In this document: in pieces, positions 21,040 through 30,945 of the stretch | Position numbering within the stretch: position 1 is the stretch's first letter | How the letters are laid out: each line of letters starts with the position of its first letter | Source: Thermoproteota archaeon | GTDB lineage: Archaea > Thermoproteota > Thermoprotei > Gearchaeales > Gearchaeaceae | Direction of reading: 5' to 3' | Length of the DNA: 64,000 bases | Assembly (NCBI GenBank): GCA_032249235.1 | Contig: JAVVGF010000001.1 | Span: 192,001 to 256,000, forward strand | Notes under the pieces: generated by a model | The model's database searches: none | What the model was told of the DNA's origin: nothing | Seen by the model: the letters and a program-made list of their open reading frames with translations, nothing else | Position numbers and translations under genes: made by a program

Positions 21040-21193
21040 CAATATTTTATTAGTTTCTTTCTTAAAAAGTATTGAGAATAAATTTTGAAATATCAAAGGG
21101 TGGTTATTTTTCTCGATTTGCCTTTCTTTAATACTATGGTAATACCCATAGTTTATGTATTAATTTTTTAAAGATGTCTGCGAAAGTGTTACT

Positions 21194-23911
21194 ATGAGAA
21201 GAATACTTCTTTCAATACTGATTTGTGGATTAATACTGGGGGGCTTATTCAATATTCAATCCTCTTACGCAAATGGCCAATATCAATCTTCAAGCTCAGG
21301 CGGTCAATGGGTTAGTCGCTATAATTCGCCTTATAATAATCCCTATTCTGAAAAACTCTATAGTTCCATTGCAGATAATTCATCTATCTCACTTTCGAAT
21401 CTAGGTGATCCTAATGGAGAAATCGCTTCTAAAGCATTAATATACAACAATATCGCGTACTTCGTAACCAAATCTGTAAGTATTTACTCTTTAGATCTTT
21501 CAAGCTATAACTATAAATCTATGAATCTGTCATTATCAAATAATATACTAAGCTCTACTCCTGCTCTTGTCGGTGAAAATTGTAATACTATCGCTGCAAT
21601 AGATGGATTGTCTTTTGTTAATTTTATAAGATTTGGGCCGGGCTTGAGTATTTCATTGCTAAGAAAATATGGACCTTTGAATATTTATTCAAATCCTGTA
21701 ACGCCTAGCAATTCTAATTTTTTCATAACGAGCAATTCTTCTCCTTCAGGTTATATCTATGTTTTTGGTTGTGATGGAACTATTAACAATATATATATGT
21801 TATCACCTTATGAGCAACCTGAAAAAGGAGTTGCGGTTAAATCTAATACAATATACGTACTCACAAATTTTGGCTCTGTAAAAGCTATTGGTAATGTGAA
21901 CTGGAACGCCCAACTCGGATTGAAGTTTACACAAGAACCAGTTATCTATAACGATCGGATTTTCGTAAGAGGTGTAATGTATGAAGATGGTTCCGAAATG
22001 ATAGTAGCGTTGAATTCAACTAACGGCTCAACTATATGGTCTTTAAGAATTCCAGCAACCATACTAAGTCCGATGGTAATATTTCAAGATAGAATTTATT
22101 TCATAACCGAAGGACCTTATATCTACAGCCTTAATGCTTCAAATGGTGCTGTTCTAAAAACAAAGAAGCTTCAATCTATTTCTTTTACTGGTATTTCGCC
22201 AGATATGATAGCGATTTCAAGCGAATTGGTCTTCACAGGTATTTACAATGGCAAATTTTCGCTCGTTTATTATGATGTTATTGATGATTTGATCAATTAT
22301 GATTATTTGAATGCTAACTTAGGTAAACCAATAGGGATTAGTTTAGGTAATGGTAAAATTATTGTTACTTTTCAAAAAGGAATTGAACAATTACCCATAA
22401 AAGCTAAAGCTTCACTAAAAATCTATGTTGAACCCGCTTCATATAACTATAGCGTAAATATTAATGGAACAAGCTATATTATACAACCAAACAATACATT
22501 CATACTTTACCTCTTCCTCAAAAGACCTTCTTCTCTTAATTTAGAAATTAAAAATAAGATTATAATAAACGATCAGAAATATCTCGGATTTTATAGATGG
22601 GAAAACGTTTCACAAAGCAATTTCAATAAATCAACAGTTTACATTAATCAATGGGATTCAATTGTAGTTAAAGCTTATTATAGATATTATCTTTTAACAA
22701 ACTTAAATTTGGATTATAAAATCATAAGTAGTCAGCAAATCAACGTAACGCCTAAAATAAATATAGTTGAATACAATTCGACGAAAGTCTCACTTTTCCT
22801 TCCACAAAATACGACATCTAACTTCACTATTTATGCACAACCCGTAGTTGTGATTAACAAGACTTCAAGTCTTGTGTTTCAAAAATGGAGTGATGGAGAT
22901 AAAAATTACATAAGAAAGATTTATGTGCAGGCAGGTTCGACTGTTTATTTCACAGCACTATACTCATTATCTAATAACTATACGCTAACTTTAATAGTGA
23001 ATCCATCAAATTATGCTTCTAAAATTTTACAAAGTTTATCAACAAATTTGAATAATGTTACTTCTATGGTTTGGATAGTCCCTCCAAATACAAATGTGAC
23101 TTTTGAAATCAAGCAAACTATAATATCTTTAAATAGTACAGCTAGATTAGCATTTGCCTATTGGTCAGGCGATATTTCTTCTAACGACACTAAAATTACA
23201 TTTTCAGTATCTCATACCAACTTTACTATAGTATTAAATTTCCAATTACAAAAATTATTCATAGTAAAGCTAATTAATATAACATATTATAATAATCAAA
23301 TAATTAATAATGGTACTTCAACAATCTTAAGTAAGTGGTATTCTAGTTCAAATTATAATTACACTTTGAAAATTAATAAAATAATTTATTTAAATAAATA
23401 TGAAAGATTATTAATTTCTAATTATACAATAAACACTATTAATTCAAAAACTAATGAGACATCTAATTATATTATTTCTACGATAACTTTGAGTAGTGGA
23501 ACTACACTTATCAAAGTGGTATATGTTTTGCAAAAATACACACAGCTTCTAATTATTTTCAATGATCCAGAAGTTAAATATATATTTATAAATGGAACTA
23601 AAGAAGATATAATAAAAAACAATAATACTTATCTAGTAAATAAAACTATGTGGACTTCGAATAGCATAAAATTCTATATTGAGGCAGTTGAAAAGGTAAA
23701 ATTAAGCGATTATGAGTATATTGTTTTTAAATCTTTTAATAATACATCCTCTTCTTCGATCTCTGTGAATTTAAATCCGGGTGATAAAGTTACTTTGTAT
23801 GCTCAGTATCAAAGAGAAAATGTACTAGCTCTTTCGAGTAGCATCTTGGTAATATTGATATTGGTCATAGGTATAATGGTTATTGCCATTCTAATAAGAT
23901 GGTTGATGTAA
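21194..23911 (+). CDS. Surface protein with PQQ/BamB-like beta-propeller, InlB-B-like repeats and C-terminal TM anchor
   Basis: Signal peptide; PVIYNDRIFV...ALNSTNGSTIW, YSLNASNGAVL blades; F.KWSDG / FAYWSGD repeat motifs; C-terminal TM. Confidence 0.7.
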   Translation: MRRILLSILICGLILGGLFNIQSSYANGQYQSSSSGGQWVSRYNSPYNNPYSEKLYSSIADNSSISLSNLGDPNGEIASKALIYNNIAYFVTKSVSIYSLDLSSYNYKSMNLSLSNNILSSTPALVGENCNTIAAIDGLSFVNFIRFGPGLSISLLRKYGPLNIYSNPVTPSNSNFFITSNSSPSGYIYVFGCDGTINNIYMLSPYEQPEKGVAVKSNTIYVLTNFGSVKAIGNVNWNAQLGLKFTQEPVIYNDRIFVRGVMYEDGSEMIVALNSTNGSTIWSLRIPATILSPMVIFQDRIYFITEGPYIYSLNASNGAVLKTKKLQSISFTGISPDMIAISSELVFTGIYNGKFSLVYYDVIDDLINYDYLNANLGKPIGISLGNGKIIVTFQKGIEQLPIKAKASLKIYVEPASYNYSVNINGTSYIIQPNNTFILYLFLKRPSSLNLEIKNKIIINDQKYLGFYRWENVSQSNFNKSTVYINQWDSIVVKAYYRYYLLTNLNLDYKIISSQQINVTPKINIVEYNSTKVSLFLPQNTTSNFTIYAQPVVVINKTSSLVFQKWSDGDKNYIRKIYVQAGSTVYFTALYSLSNNYTLTLIVNPSNYASKILQSLSTNLNNVTSMVWIVPPNTNVTFEIKQTIISLNSTARLAFAYWSGDISSNDTKITFSVSHTNFTIVLNFQLQKLFIVKLINITYYNNQIINNGTSTILSKWYSSSNYNYTLKINKIIYLNKYERLLISNYTINTINSKTNETSNYIISTITLSSGTTLIKVVYVLQKYTQLLIIFNDPEVKYIFINGTKEDIIKNNNTYLVNKTMWTSNSIKFYIEAVEKVKLSDYEYIVFKSFNNTSSSSISVNLNPGDKVTLYAQYQRENVLALSSSILVILILVIGIMVIAILIRWLM

Positions 23912-24001
23912 TTTATGAGAATTTGGTATTGAAAGCTATTTAATAAAGATTATTGTTAAGTTCTCCAAAAGATTTAAATCGATAAAATCAAATGAGGTCA
24001 T

Positions 24002-24715
24002 ATGAATAAAAAATTTTTAGCCATTTTACTAGCTTTAATAATCATTAGCTTACAGCCAAATTTCGTAAGTGCTGAGAAGCAACAGGGAAAGCTAACGGCT
24101 AATTTTATGGAAAGCCGCAGTTTTGCTATAGGAACGATATCTTTGGGTATTAACTATGAAATAAATTACAATGTTGATTATAAAGCAGAAGTAGCAAAAG
24201 GTGATACTAACGATATCAATTTATCTCTCTATGGAGGTGTAGCTAATTTAACTTTTGGTTTTCAAAATCAAACATTAAACTATAATAGAACAATGAAGCT
24301 AGGCGAACAGGTTGCATTCAACGTTGGTCCTTTAAGATTGAATATTCTTCTAAAGGCTGAAGCACCAATAAATATATTAGGTAGCGCTAGTAGTCAATCT
24401 TCAATGGTGACTTTTGAAAATGAAGGACAGCAAACAATTAAAGTTAAAGTTAGCGATTCTGCTAATGTTGGGGATCTCATTAAAATCAGCTTACCGTTTT
24501 CTCTCAGAATCTTCATGGCTATTACTGCTCCGATAAGCATTTCTTTCTTTGAGTTAGGTAAGGTAAATCTGTTTCCAGAATTATCATTACAATTCAAAGT
24601 TACAAGTAGTTGGTTTGAGAGCAACTTTTATCTTATATTAGCTCTTGTAATTGCAGTGATTATCATGGCAGCTTTAGCTATTTTATTTATCATGAGAAGA
24701 AGAAAGAAGACATGA
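24002..24715 (+). CDS. Secreted beta-rich protein with C-terminal TM anchor
   Basis: Signal peptide (VSA), C-terminal hydrophobic helix + RRRKK. Confidence 0.7.
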   Translation: MNKKFLAILLALIIISLQPNFVSAEKQQGKLTANFMESRSFAIGTISLGINYEINYNVDYKAEVAKGDTNDINLSLYGGVANLTFGFQNQTLNYNRTMKLGEQVAFNVGPLRLNILLKAEAPINILGSASSQSSMVTFENEGQQTIKVKVSDSANVGDLIKISLPFSLRIFMAITAPISISFFELGKVNLFPELSLQFKVTSSWFESNFYLILALVIAVIIMAALAILFIMRRRKKT

Positions 24716-24966
24716 AAGCTATCTTATTTGGCATTTTGTTTTGTTTCGTGGGCTCTATAATGTTTGTCTATGCGGTTTACAATATCTTATTAACAATTTA
24801 CAATTACCATGTTATAATTCCTACATCTATTACAGAATTCATAAACTATTATTTTGGTGAAACTTTTGTAAGTATTAACGATATTTTATTTCTAGGTGTT
24901 TTTGGAGCAATAGGTGCCATACTATTTTACTTCGGTCTATTTATTGTCTATCTCTTTAAAAAATAA
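24712..24966 (+). CDS. Small two-TM membrane protein
   Basis: Two hydrophobic segments; ATGA overlap with upstream gene. Confidence 0.65.
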   Translation: MKAILFGILFCFVGSIMFVYAVYNILLTIYNYHVIIPTSITEFINYYFGETFVSINDILFLGVFGAIGAILFYFGLFIVYLFKK

Positions 24967-24983
24967 AAGAATGAAATTTTAGT

Positions 24984-25262
24984 ATGACTATGGAAGAGAT
25001 TAATAGAAGCAGAAAATTTGGATATGTATGTATTATTCTTGGTCTAGGCTTAATAATTCTTTCTGCAGGATTAGCCTTAAGAGAATACTTCTTTTATAGA
25101 GCAACCATAGGCGAGGTCTCGAGCGTCCCTTCCATATTAGGTTTCCTTGCTACCGAATTGCTTGTTTTAATAGTGAAAGTTGCATTTTTAGGTATTGTAA
25201 TTGCAGGTAGCTCTATATTACTAAGATATGGATTAGAGCTAATAAAGGAAGTTAAAAAATGA
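24984..25262 (+). CDS. Small two-TM membrane protein
   Basis: Two hydrophobic segments; tight operon spacing. Confidence 0.65.
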   Translation: MTMEEINRSRKFGYVCIILGLGLIILSAGLALREYFFYRATIGEVSSVPSILGFLATELLVLIVKVAFLGIVIAGSSILLRYGLELIKEVKK

Positions 25263-25645
25263 CGCTTAGACATGAAGTATTGATTTCCATTTTATCTGTT
25301 TTCATAATATTTTTATTATTCAGTCCTCTTACTCTTTTTTTACAAGACTTAGCGAAAGGGCACATATATTTTAAGTTTCAACATAAAGGTAATGAGATAT
25401 TATTAATCCTTGTTAATGAAGGTAACAGTTATCTTAGCGATATAACTTATAATGCAACTGCTCAAGATATATACAATAATTTATACACAAAGACTGGCAA
25501 AATTGATTCTTTCAAAAAAGGTGATAATATAACTATTAAAATACCTTTAAAAATACCAAATGCGATAATAATAAAAGTTGATTTGAAAATATCTGCAAAA
25601 ATTAATGGACTTTATAGATTTGATTTTGAAGTAAAAAGAGAATGA
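25259..25645 (+). CDS. Membrane-anchored single beta-sandwich (LEA_2/Ig-like) protein
   Basis: N-terminal TM then LVNEGNSYLSDI...KIDSFKKGDNITIKIP; ATGA overlaps on both sides. Confidence 0.55.
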   Translation: MTLRHEVLISILSVFIIFLLFSPLTLFLQDLAKGHIYFKFQHKGNEILLILVNEGNSYLSDITYNATAQDIYNNLYTKTGKIDSFKKGDNITIKIPLKIPNAIIIKVDLKISAKINGLYRFDFEVKRE

Positions 25646-26127
25646 GCAAGGCCACTGACATAATTAAGGCTTATCTTATTATAACCCTTATTGAAGGCAT
25701 ATTGAGAACTATAATGATATACATTGTTCTTATAATCTTACCTGCTGTTATTCTCGTACGGCCTGTAGTTATAACTAAAACTTTCATAGACATAATGATT
25801 ATTTGCATCGCAGCTTCAGCATTTAGAATTTACGTTATTTCTCCTATACTTATAACACTTGCTTATTTTTACAGTTTCTTAGTTTCTGCAAATACATTGG
25901 ATTTCGGATACTTAAGTTATAATTGGGAAGTATATACTTTTCAAATATCCTTCTTTCTAGACATGTCGCCTTTAGTTTTTGCTCTATTTGCCACGATAGT
26001 CATTCCTATGAGTATTTCTGCATTTTATTCTTATTATATTACACAAGCAACAGGAAGTATAAGAAGGCCTCCAGTACCTCTTACAGGGGCTACTATAAGG
26101 GATATAATTCTTGAAATATTACGTTAA
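25642..26127 (+). CDS. Integral membrane protein (about 4 TM)
   Basis: Mostly hydrophobic; ATGA overlap. Confidence 0.65.
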   Translation: MSKATDIIKAYLIITLIEGILRTIMIYIVLIILPAVILVRPVVITKTFIDIMIICIAASAFRIYVISPILITLAYFYSFLVSANTLDFGYLSYNWEVYTFQISFFLDMSPLVFALFATIVIPMSISAFYSYYITQATGSIRRPPVPLTGATIRDIILEILR

Positions 26128-26167
26128 ACACTTAAATATAAATTAAAGGTTTTACAATAAATTTTCA

Positions 26168-27754
26168 GTGAGCTGGGAGATTATTCTCTCAGCTGATCGC
26201 GGATCATTTACAGATTATAATGGCTCTAGCGTGCTGGGGTATGTTGCATGTATGCCTTCTCGCCTTGTACCTAGATTTTTTATGGATAAGTTCTTTACGC
26301 CTCCTATTAAAAGCGATGAAAGTGGAAGAGCTCTTTATGCTCCCTATGCTTTGAGGAAAATCGAAGCTACACTTGTCAATAAAGGTTTTAAAGAAGTAGC
26401 TGTCGTTTCTCCTGAAAGATTAAAAGATGTAGTAAGTAAAAAGACAAAAATTTTGGGATTGAGTGTTCATGATCCGTTAGGTATTGATCCTGTAAGCACG
26501 AAGTTATGCATGATATTTGGAGGAGGACCTAGCTGGACTGCAGTATTTTTTGAAGAAGTTGGTAACCTTGTTAATGAATTGAAAAAGAAATATAACTTCA
26601 AAGTTATAGTTGGAGGGCCTGCTGCTTGGGAATTAATAAAAGAAAGACCTAATTGGATTGATGTATTATTCATTGGAGAAGCTGAACACTCTTTGCCAGA
26701 AGTAGTCGAAAACCTATTAAATGGTAAAGAAGCACCTAAAATAGTATATGGGAAGGATGCTAAAATAGATGAAATACCTCCTATAATCAATCCTGCAAGG
26801 CTTGGAGAAGTACAAATAACAAGAGGTTGTCCTAGAGGATGTGCATTTTGTAGCATAACACCTGAAACTTTCAGATCAATTCCTTTAGAAATTATAAAAA
26901 AAGAAGTAGAAATTAATTTGAAGGGAGGTTGGAATAGAGTTGAATTCATAACAGACGATCTAATGCTCTATGGTTCTAACAAGCTTAGAGTTAACCACGA
27001 TGCAATAACAAAGCTGTATAGCGAAGTAATGAAAATGAAAGTCGATGGTATTTGGTTCCCACATATTTCAGCACCTCCTGTGAAAGAAAGTCCTAGAACT
27101 ATTAAAGCAATCTCTGAAACAGCTCATTATAGCTTCGATAGGGCAGATGCTCCAGTTGTAGGTCTTGAAACAGGAAGTGAAAGAATATTTGTTAAGTACA
27201 TGCGTGCTAAATCTTTTCCCTACGAGCCAAGAGAATGGAGAGATGTCATCATAGATGCTACTTCAATAATGAACGATAATTATATATTTCCTTGTTATAC
27301 GATGACAATAGGATATTTTGATGAAACAGAGGAAGATGTAGAGTATAGCATTAGATTAGTCCAAGACATTATAGATCATCAATTCATTGCTTGGATATTT
27401 CCCTTGCCTGTAATACCGATGGCAACGAGTAGAATAAATAAAAATCCATTTCCTACTTTAAAGAGAATGCCTAAAAATTATTGGGATCTTTTATATATTT
27501 CTTGGTCTTACAATTTAAAAATTACAAGGAAATTAATACCAACCTTAACAGGAGGTATTAGAAATAAGATCATAAATAAGATAACAAATTTAATGATAGA
27601 CAAGATCTTTAATAATATCGAATGGATATTTTATCAGTTAAAAGAGACTAAGGGTCTCAGTTCTCTTAATTATAGTAGCTTAAACCTTAATAACATAATA
27701 GGAATATTAAGGTCGATTACTTGGTTATTTAAGCTAAGTTTTAAACCGTTATGA
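26168..27754 (+). CDS. grsB: Radical SAM enzyme with B12-binding-like N domain; GDGT ring synthase (GrsA/GrsB family, most like GrsB)
   Basis: CPRGCAFC motif, VIVGGP, APYALRKIEA, HDPLG; N-terminus WEIILSADRGSFTDY..SSVLGYVACMP recalled as typical of Sulfolobales Grs proteins (not search-verified). Confidence 0.65.
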   Translation: MSWEIILSADRGSFTDYNGSSVLGYVACMPSRLVPRFFMDKFFTPPIKSDESGRALYAPYALRKIEATLVNKGFKEVAVVSPERLKDVVSKKTKILGLSVHDPLGIDPVSTKLCMIFGGGPSWTAVFFEEVGNLVNELKKKYNFKVIVGGPAAWELIKERPNWIDVLFIGEAEHSLPEVVENLLNGKEAPKIVYGKDAKIDEIPPIINPARLGEVQITRGCPRGCAFCSITPETFRSIPLEIIKKEVEINLKGGWNRVEFITDDLMLYGSNKLRVNHDAITKLYSEVMKMKVDGIWFPHISAPPVKESPRTIKAISETAHYSFDRADAPVVGLETGSERIFVKYMRAKSFPYEPREWRDVIIDATSIMNDNYIFPCYTMTIGYFDETEEDVEYSIRLVQDIIDHQFIAWIFPLPVIPMATSRINKNPFPTLKRMPKNYWDLLYISWSYNLKITRKLIPTLTGGIRNKIINKITNLMIDKIFNNIEWIFYQLKETKGLSSLNYSSLNLNNIIGILRSITWLFKLSFKPL

Positions 27755-27832
27755 TATAAATGAATTTATATTCCGATCATTTAATAATAAAATATTAGCA
27801 TAATGTTTTAGTAAAAATAATTCTAAAAAGAT

Positions 27833-28609
27833 CTAATTTAAAAAAGGAATTCTTTTTAGGTAATTTATAATTAATCCTTCCGTCTCTTCAATGTTTATCG
27901 GTTGATCAAACTTGATCTTCCAATCTAATACAAGATTAGAAAATAAATCTTTCTCGATTGTTAAACTTGCTTCGTTTCCCTCATCGATAAAAGAGATAAC
28001 GTTCCTAAGCAATTTTTGCAAAGCAGGGTTGAAATCAAAAATGCTGAGCTTCATTTTAATACAATTCAATTCAATATAACCGTTATTTAAAATACACTCA
28101 TCGAATATTTCATCATATCTGTCGAAAGAAAATAATATTGCTCTTATGTTCATTTCATAGATTTTGTTATCAGCATTTTTTCTTAAAATAACTTTGGCAA
28201 CATCTGAATTGTTCCCGGTGACAGATAAAAACACTTCTTTTTCTCCTACATTACTGACATTTATTTTTAAGTTTTCAATATCCTTAAGTCTTCTATAACT
28301 TTGAAGCGTTATTTCATCAATAACATTAATAAAATAGCTTACTTCTAAATGCTTCTTCAATATTGCTATTGAATTTTTTGATTCTGTTCCTTCAGTTAAA
28401 ATTTTTCCTTCATAAGCTTCGATTTTTTCTCTTATATAACTCCAATCAACATCCTCAAAAAAATCGCAAACAATTACACAATAATAACCTTTTCTATTTT
28501 TCTTGTGGATTATTTTAGAAAGCAATATAGCTTTGGGTTTTTCTTCATAATAGAATGAAAAAGCATTTTCTCTTTTAAGAAACTTTGCGATAACGAAATT
28601 ATAGACCAT
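27833..28609 (-). CDS. Hypothetical protein, divergent from cstA operon
   Basis: 258-aa ORF with ATG start; no recognised motif. Confidence 0.6.
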   Translation of the reverse strand: MVYNFVIAKFLKRENAFSFYYEEKPKAILLSKIIHKKNRKGYYCVIVCDFFEDVDWSYIREKIEAYEGKILTEGTESKNSIAILKKHLEVSYFINVIDEITLQSYRRLKDIENLKINVSNVGEKEVFLSVTGNNSDVAKVILRKNADNKIYEMNIRAILFSFDRYDEIFDECILNNGYIELNCIKMKLSIFDFNPALQKLLRNVISFIDEGNEASLTIEKDLFSNLVLDWKIKFDQPINIEETEGLIINYLKRIPFLN

Positions 28610-28819
28610 GTATTTTTATAAGCTGACACAAATATAGGAGTAATGCAAATAGAGAAGCTATCGTAGAATAATTTAAGGATCGGTTGATTGAGAGAAAGTC
28701 TTATATATTAAGTGATTTTAAAAGGAGAGTTTATATCATAAATAATGTTAAATTTATTTAAATTAAGGAGATAGAAAAGTTATAAAAGGATACGCTAATG
28801 CTCTAATTTTATTTTTCAT

Positions 28820-28863
28820 AATGTTTAAATATTAGTAAAATATCTTAGAAAATAGGTGAAATT
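28820..28863 (+). promoter_or_regulatory. Putative TATA box and GGTGA ribosome-binding site of cstA operon
   Basis: TTTAAATA near 28824 and AGGTGA 4 nt before the ATG at 28864. Confidence 0.45.
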
Positions 28864-30624
28864 ATGGTGGATTTTTTAAGCACACCTGCACCTTATATAG
28901 CATTAGGACTTGTAATATACCTAATAGCATATCTTGTATATTCTAAATATATAGATAAAGGAGTATGGAACACAGATCCTAATAGACCAACTCCTGCAAA
29001 ATTATATACAGACGGTGTTGAATATTTCCCAGTAAGCAAATATGTGCTCTATGGATACCAATTTAAGAGCGTCGCAGCATTAGGACCAATAGTAGGCCCG
29101 ATAGTCGCAGTATCCTTCTATGGCTGGCTACCAGCACTAATATGGTTGATAGTAGGTAACTTTTTCATAGGCTGGGTTCAAGATTATAGCGCAATGATGA
29201 TGTCGGTAAGAAATGATGGAAGATCGATGGGACCTATTACATACAACTTGATGGGTGAAAGAGTTCGAAAAATATTACTTGTGTACATTATGATTTACTT
29301 AATTATAATAACTGCAGTATTTGCTTGGGTTATCGTAGATATAATGAATAGGATCGTAGGAACATTTATACCTATCATATTCATTCTCTTCATGGGTGCA
29401 TTATTTGGACAATTAGTATTTAGAATGAAAATCGATATTCTAATAGCAACTATAATTGCTATAGCAGTAGTCTTTCTAGGAATAGTTCTCGTTGGCGTAT
29501 TTCCTCAAATACAAGTTCCACCTGTTAATTTCCTAGATCCTGGACTTGGCAAAACTACTACTTGGCCAGGTAGTTGGACTGTATTATTCTGGCTTTTCAT
29601 ACTAGCTATAATTTATTACATCGCTGCGATTACACCTATGCCAAGATTCCTTCTACCCACAATATTCGTAGGCTTCTTGCCAGCAATCATTGCTCTTATA
29701 TTGGTTATAATAGCTGCTTTATTTACTCCTTTAACTGGAATTACAATAAGCCAACCTGCTGTTAAGAATTTGTGGATTACTGATCCAAATCAATTCCAAA
29801 CAGGTCCTTTATGGCCAATTTTATTCGTAACAATTGCATGCGGTGCAATATCTGGCTGGCATAGTCTAGTATCAAGCGGCTTAACATCAAAGCAATTAGA
29901 ATTCGAGACTGATGCTAGACCTGTTGGTGGAGGAGCGATGATAACTGAAGGAATTGTAGGCTTATCTTCTGTTGCATCTGTAATAATTCTCGGTACTTTT
30001 GCTGCGACTGCAGTTACATATGCTCAAGGAGCAGGAAAGCTTACTAGTTCACTAACAGGTATTGGTTTATAAGGAATGACTTTATTCTATTCTGTTTTCG
30101 TAGTAGTGATGGGAATGATAACTTCAATGTTGTTTGTAAGAGTATGGAGGAATGTTTCGGCAGAATTATTTGAGAAAAGTATTCTAGGAAATAAGCATGT
30201 AGCTACAATTGTGATGTTGTTAATAATGATATTCCTAGCATTTACAGGAAGCTGGACTAACTTGTGGATATACTTTGGAGGCACTAATCAATTACTTGCA
30301 GGTTTAGCATTGCTCCTTGTTGCTGTATATCTAGCAAGCGTTAAAAGACCGACAATCTATGTTTTCATACCTGGCATCTTCATGGCTATAACAACTGTTG
30401 CAGCATTAATATGGGAAACTTATGTTTATTCCTATTTCTTGATAAATAATAAAGCGTTAGGACCACAAGCTAATGTTGCAAAAGTATTTGGCCAAGGGGT
30501 TGTTCAAGTTTCGAATGGTTTTTCAGCTATTTTAGGTGCCGTTCTTGCTGTATTAGGAGCAATAATGACATACTACTTAATAAGAGGATATATAAAATAC
30601 AGAAAAGAAGCAGTTAAAACATAA
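28864..30624 (+). pseudogene. cstA: Carbon starvation protein A (CstA) family transporter interrupted by one in-frame TAA (30070-30072)
   Basis: TPA...DGVEY.P, F.SVAALGPIVGP, GWLPA..W...G, WP.LF.TIACGAISGWHSL, LW.YFGGTNQLLAGLALL; track ORFs 28864-30072 and 30076-30624 share one frame (586 aa joined). Confidence 0.8.
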
Positions 30625-30675
30625 TATAAATTATATTTTTTTATAGTTTGGAATTTATTTTTTATGTGAGTTATC

Positions 30676-30945
30676 ATGCCAAAGGAGAAAAAAGATAGCC
30701 CTTTTAAAGCGTTGAAGGATACGCTTATGGGATTTATGATACATAGCCAAGTTACTTCCATGCTGAAAATGAAAACATATACGGAATATTTATTCATGAT
30801 AATGACGATGGGAGATATGCTTGGAATGCCATTGTTGCCTCCGTATTACTCATTAAGATTATTGCCTTACATGGTACCAAACATTAAGTCTTGGAAATTA
30901 AGAATGCTAAGAGATAGAGATGTTACAGATATAGTTGTAGGATGA
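30676..30945 (+). CDS. Small CstA/ArsA-associated protein (cory-CC-star-like), copy 1
   Basis: FMIMTMGDMLGMP...YYSLRLLPY; lies between cstA and ArsA-family gene; ATGA overlap. Confidence 0.65.
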   Translation: MPKEKKDSPFKALKDTLMGFMIHSQVTSMLKMKTYTEYLFMIMTMGDMLGMPLLPPYYSLRLLPYMVPNIKSWKLRMLRDRDVTDIVVG

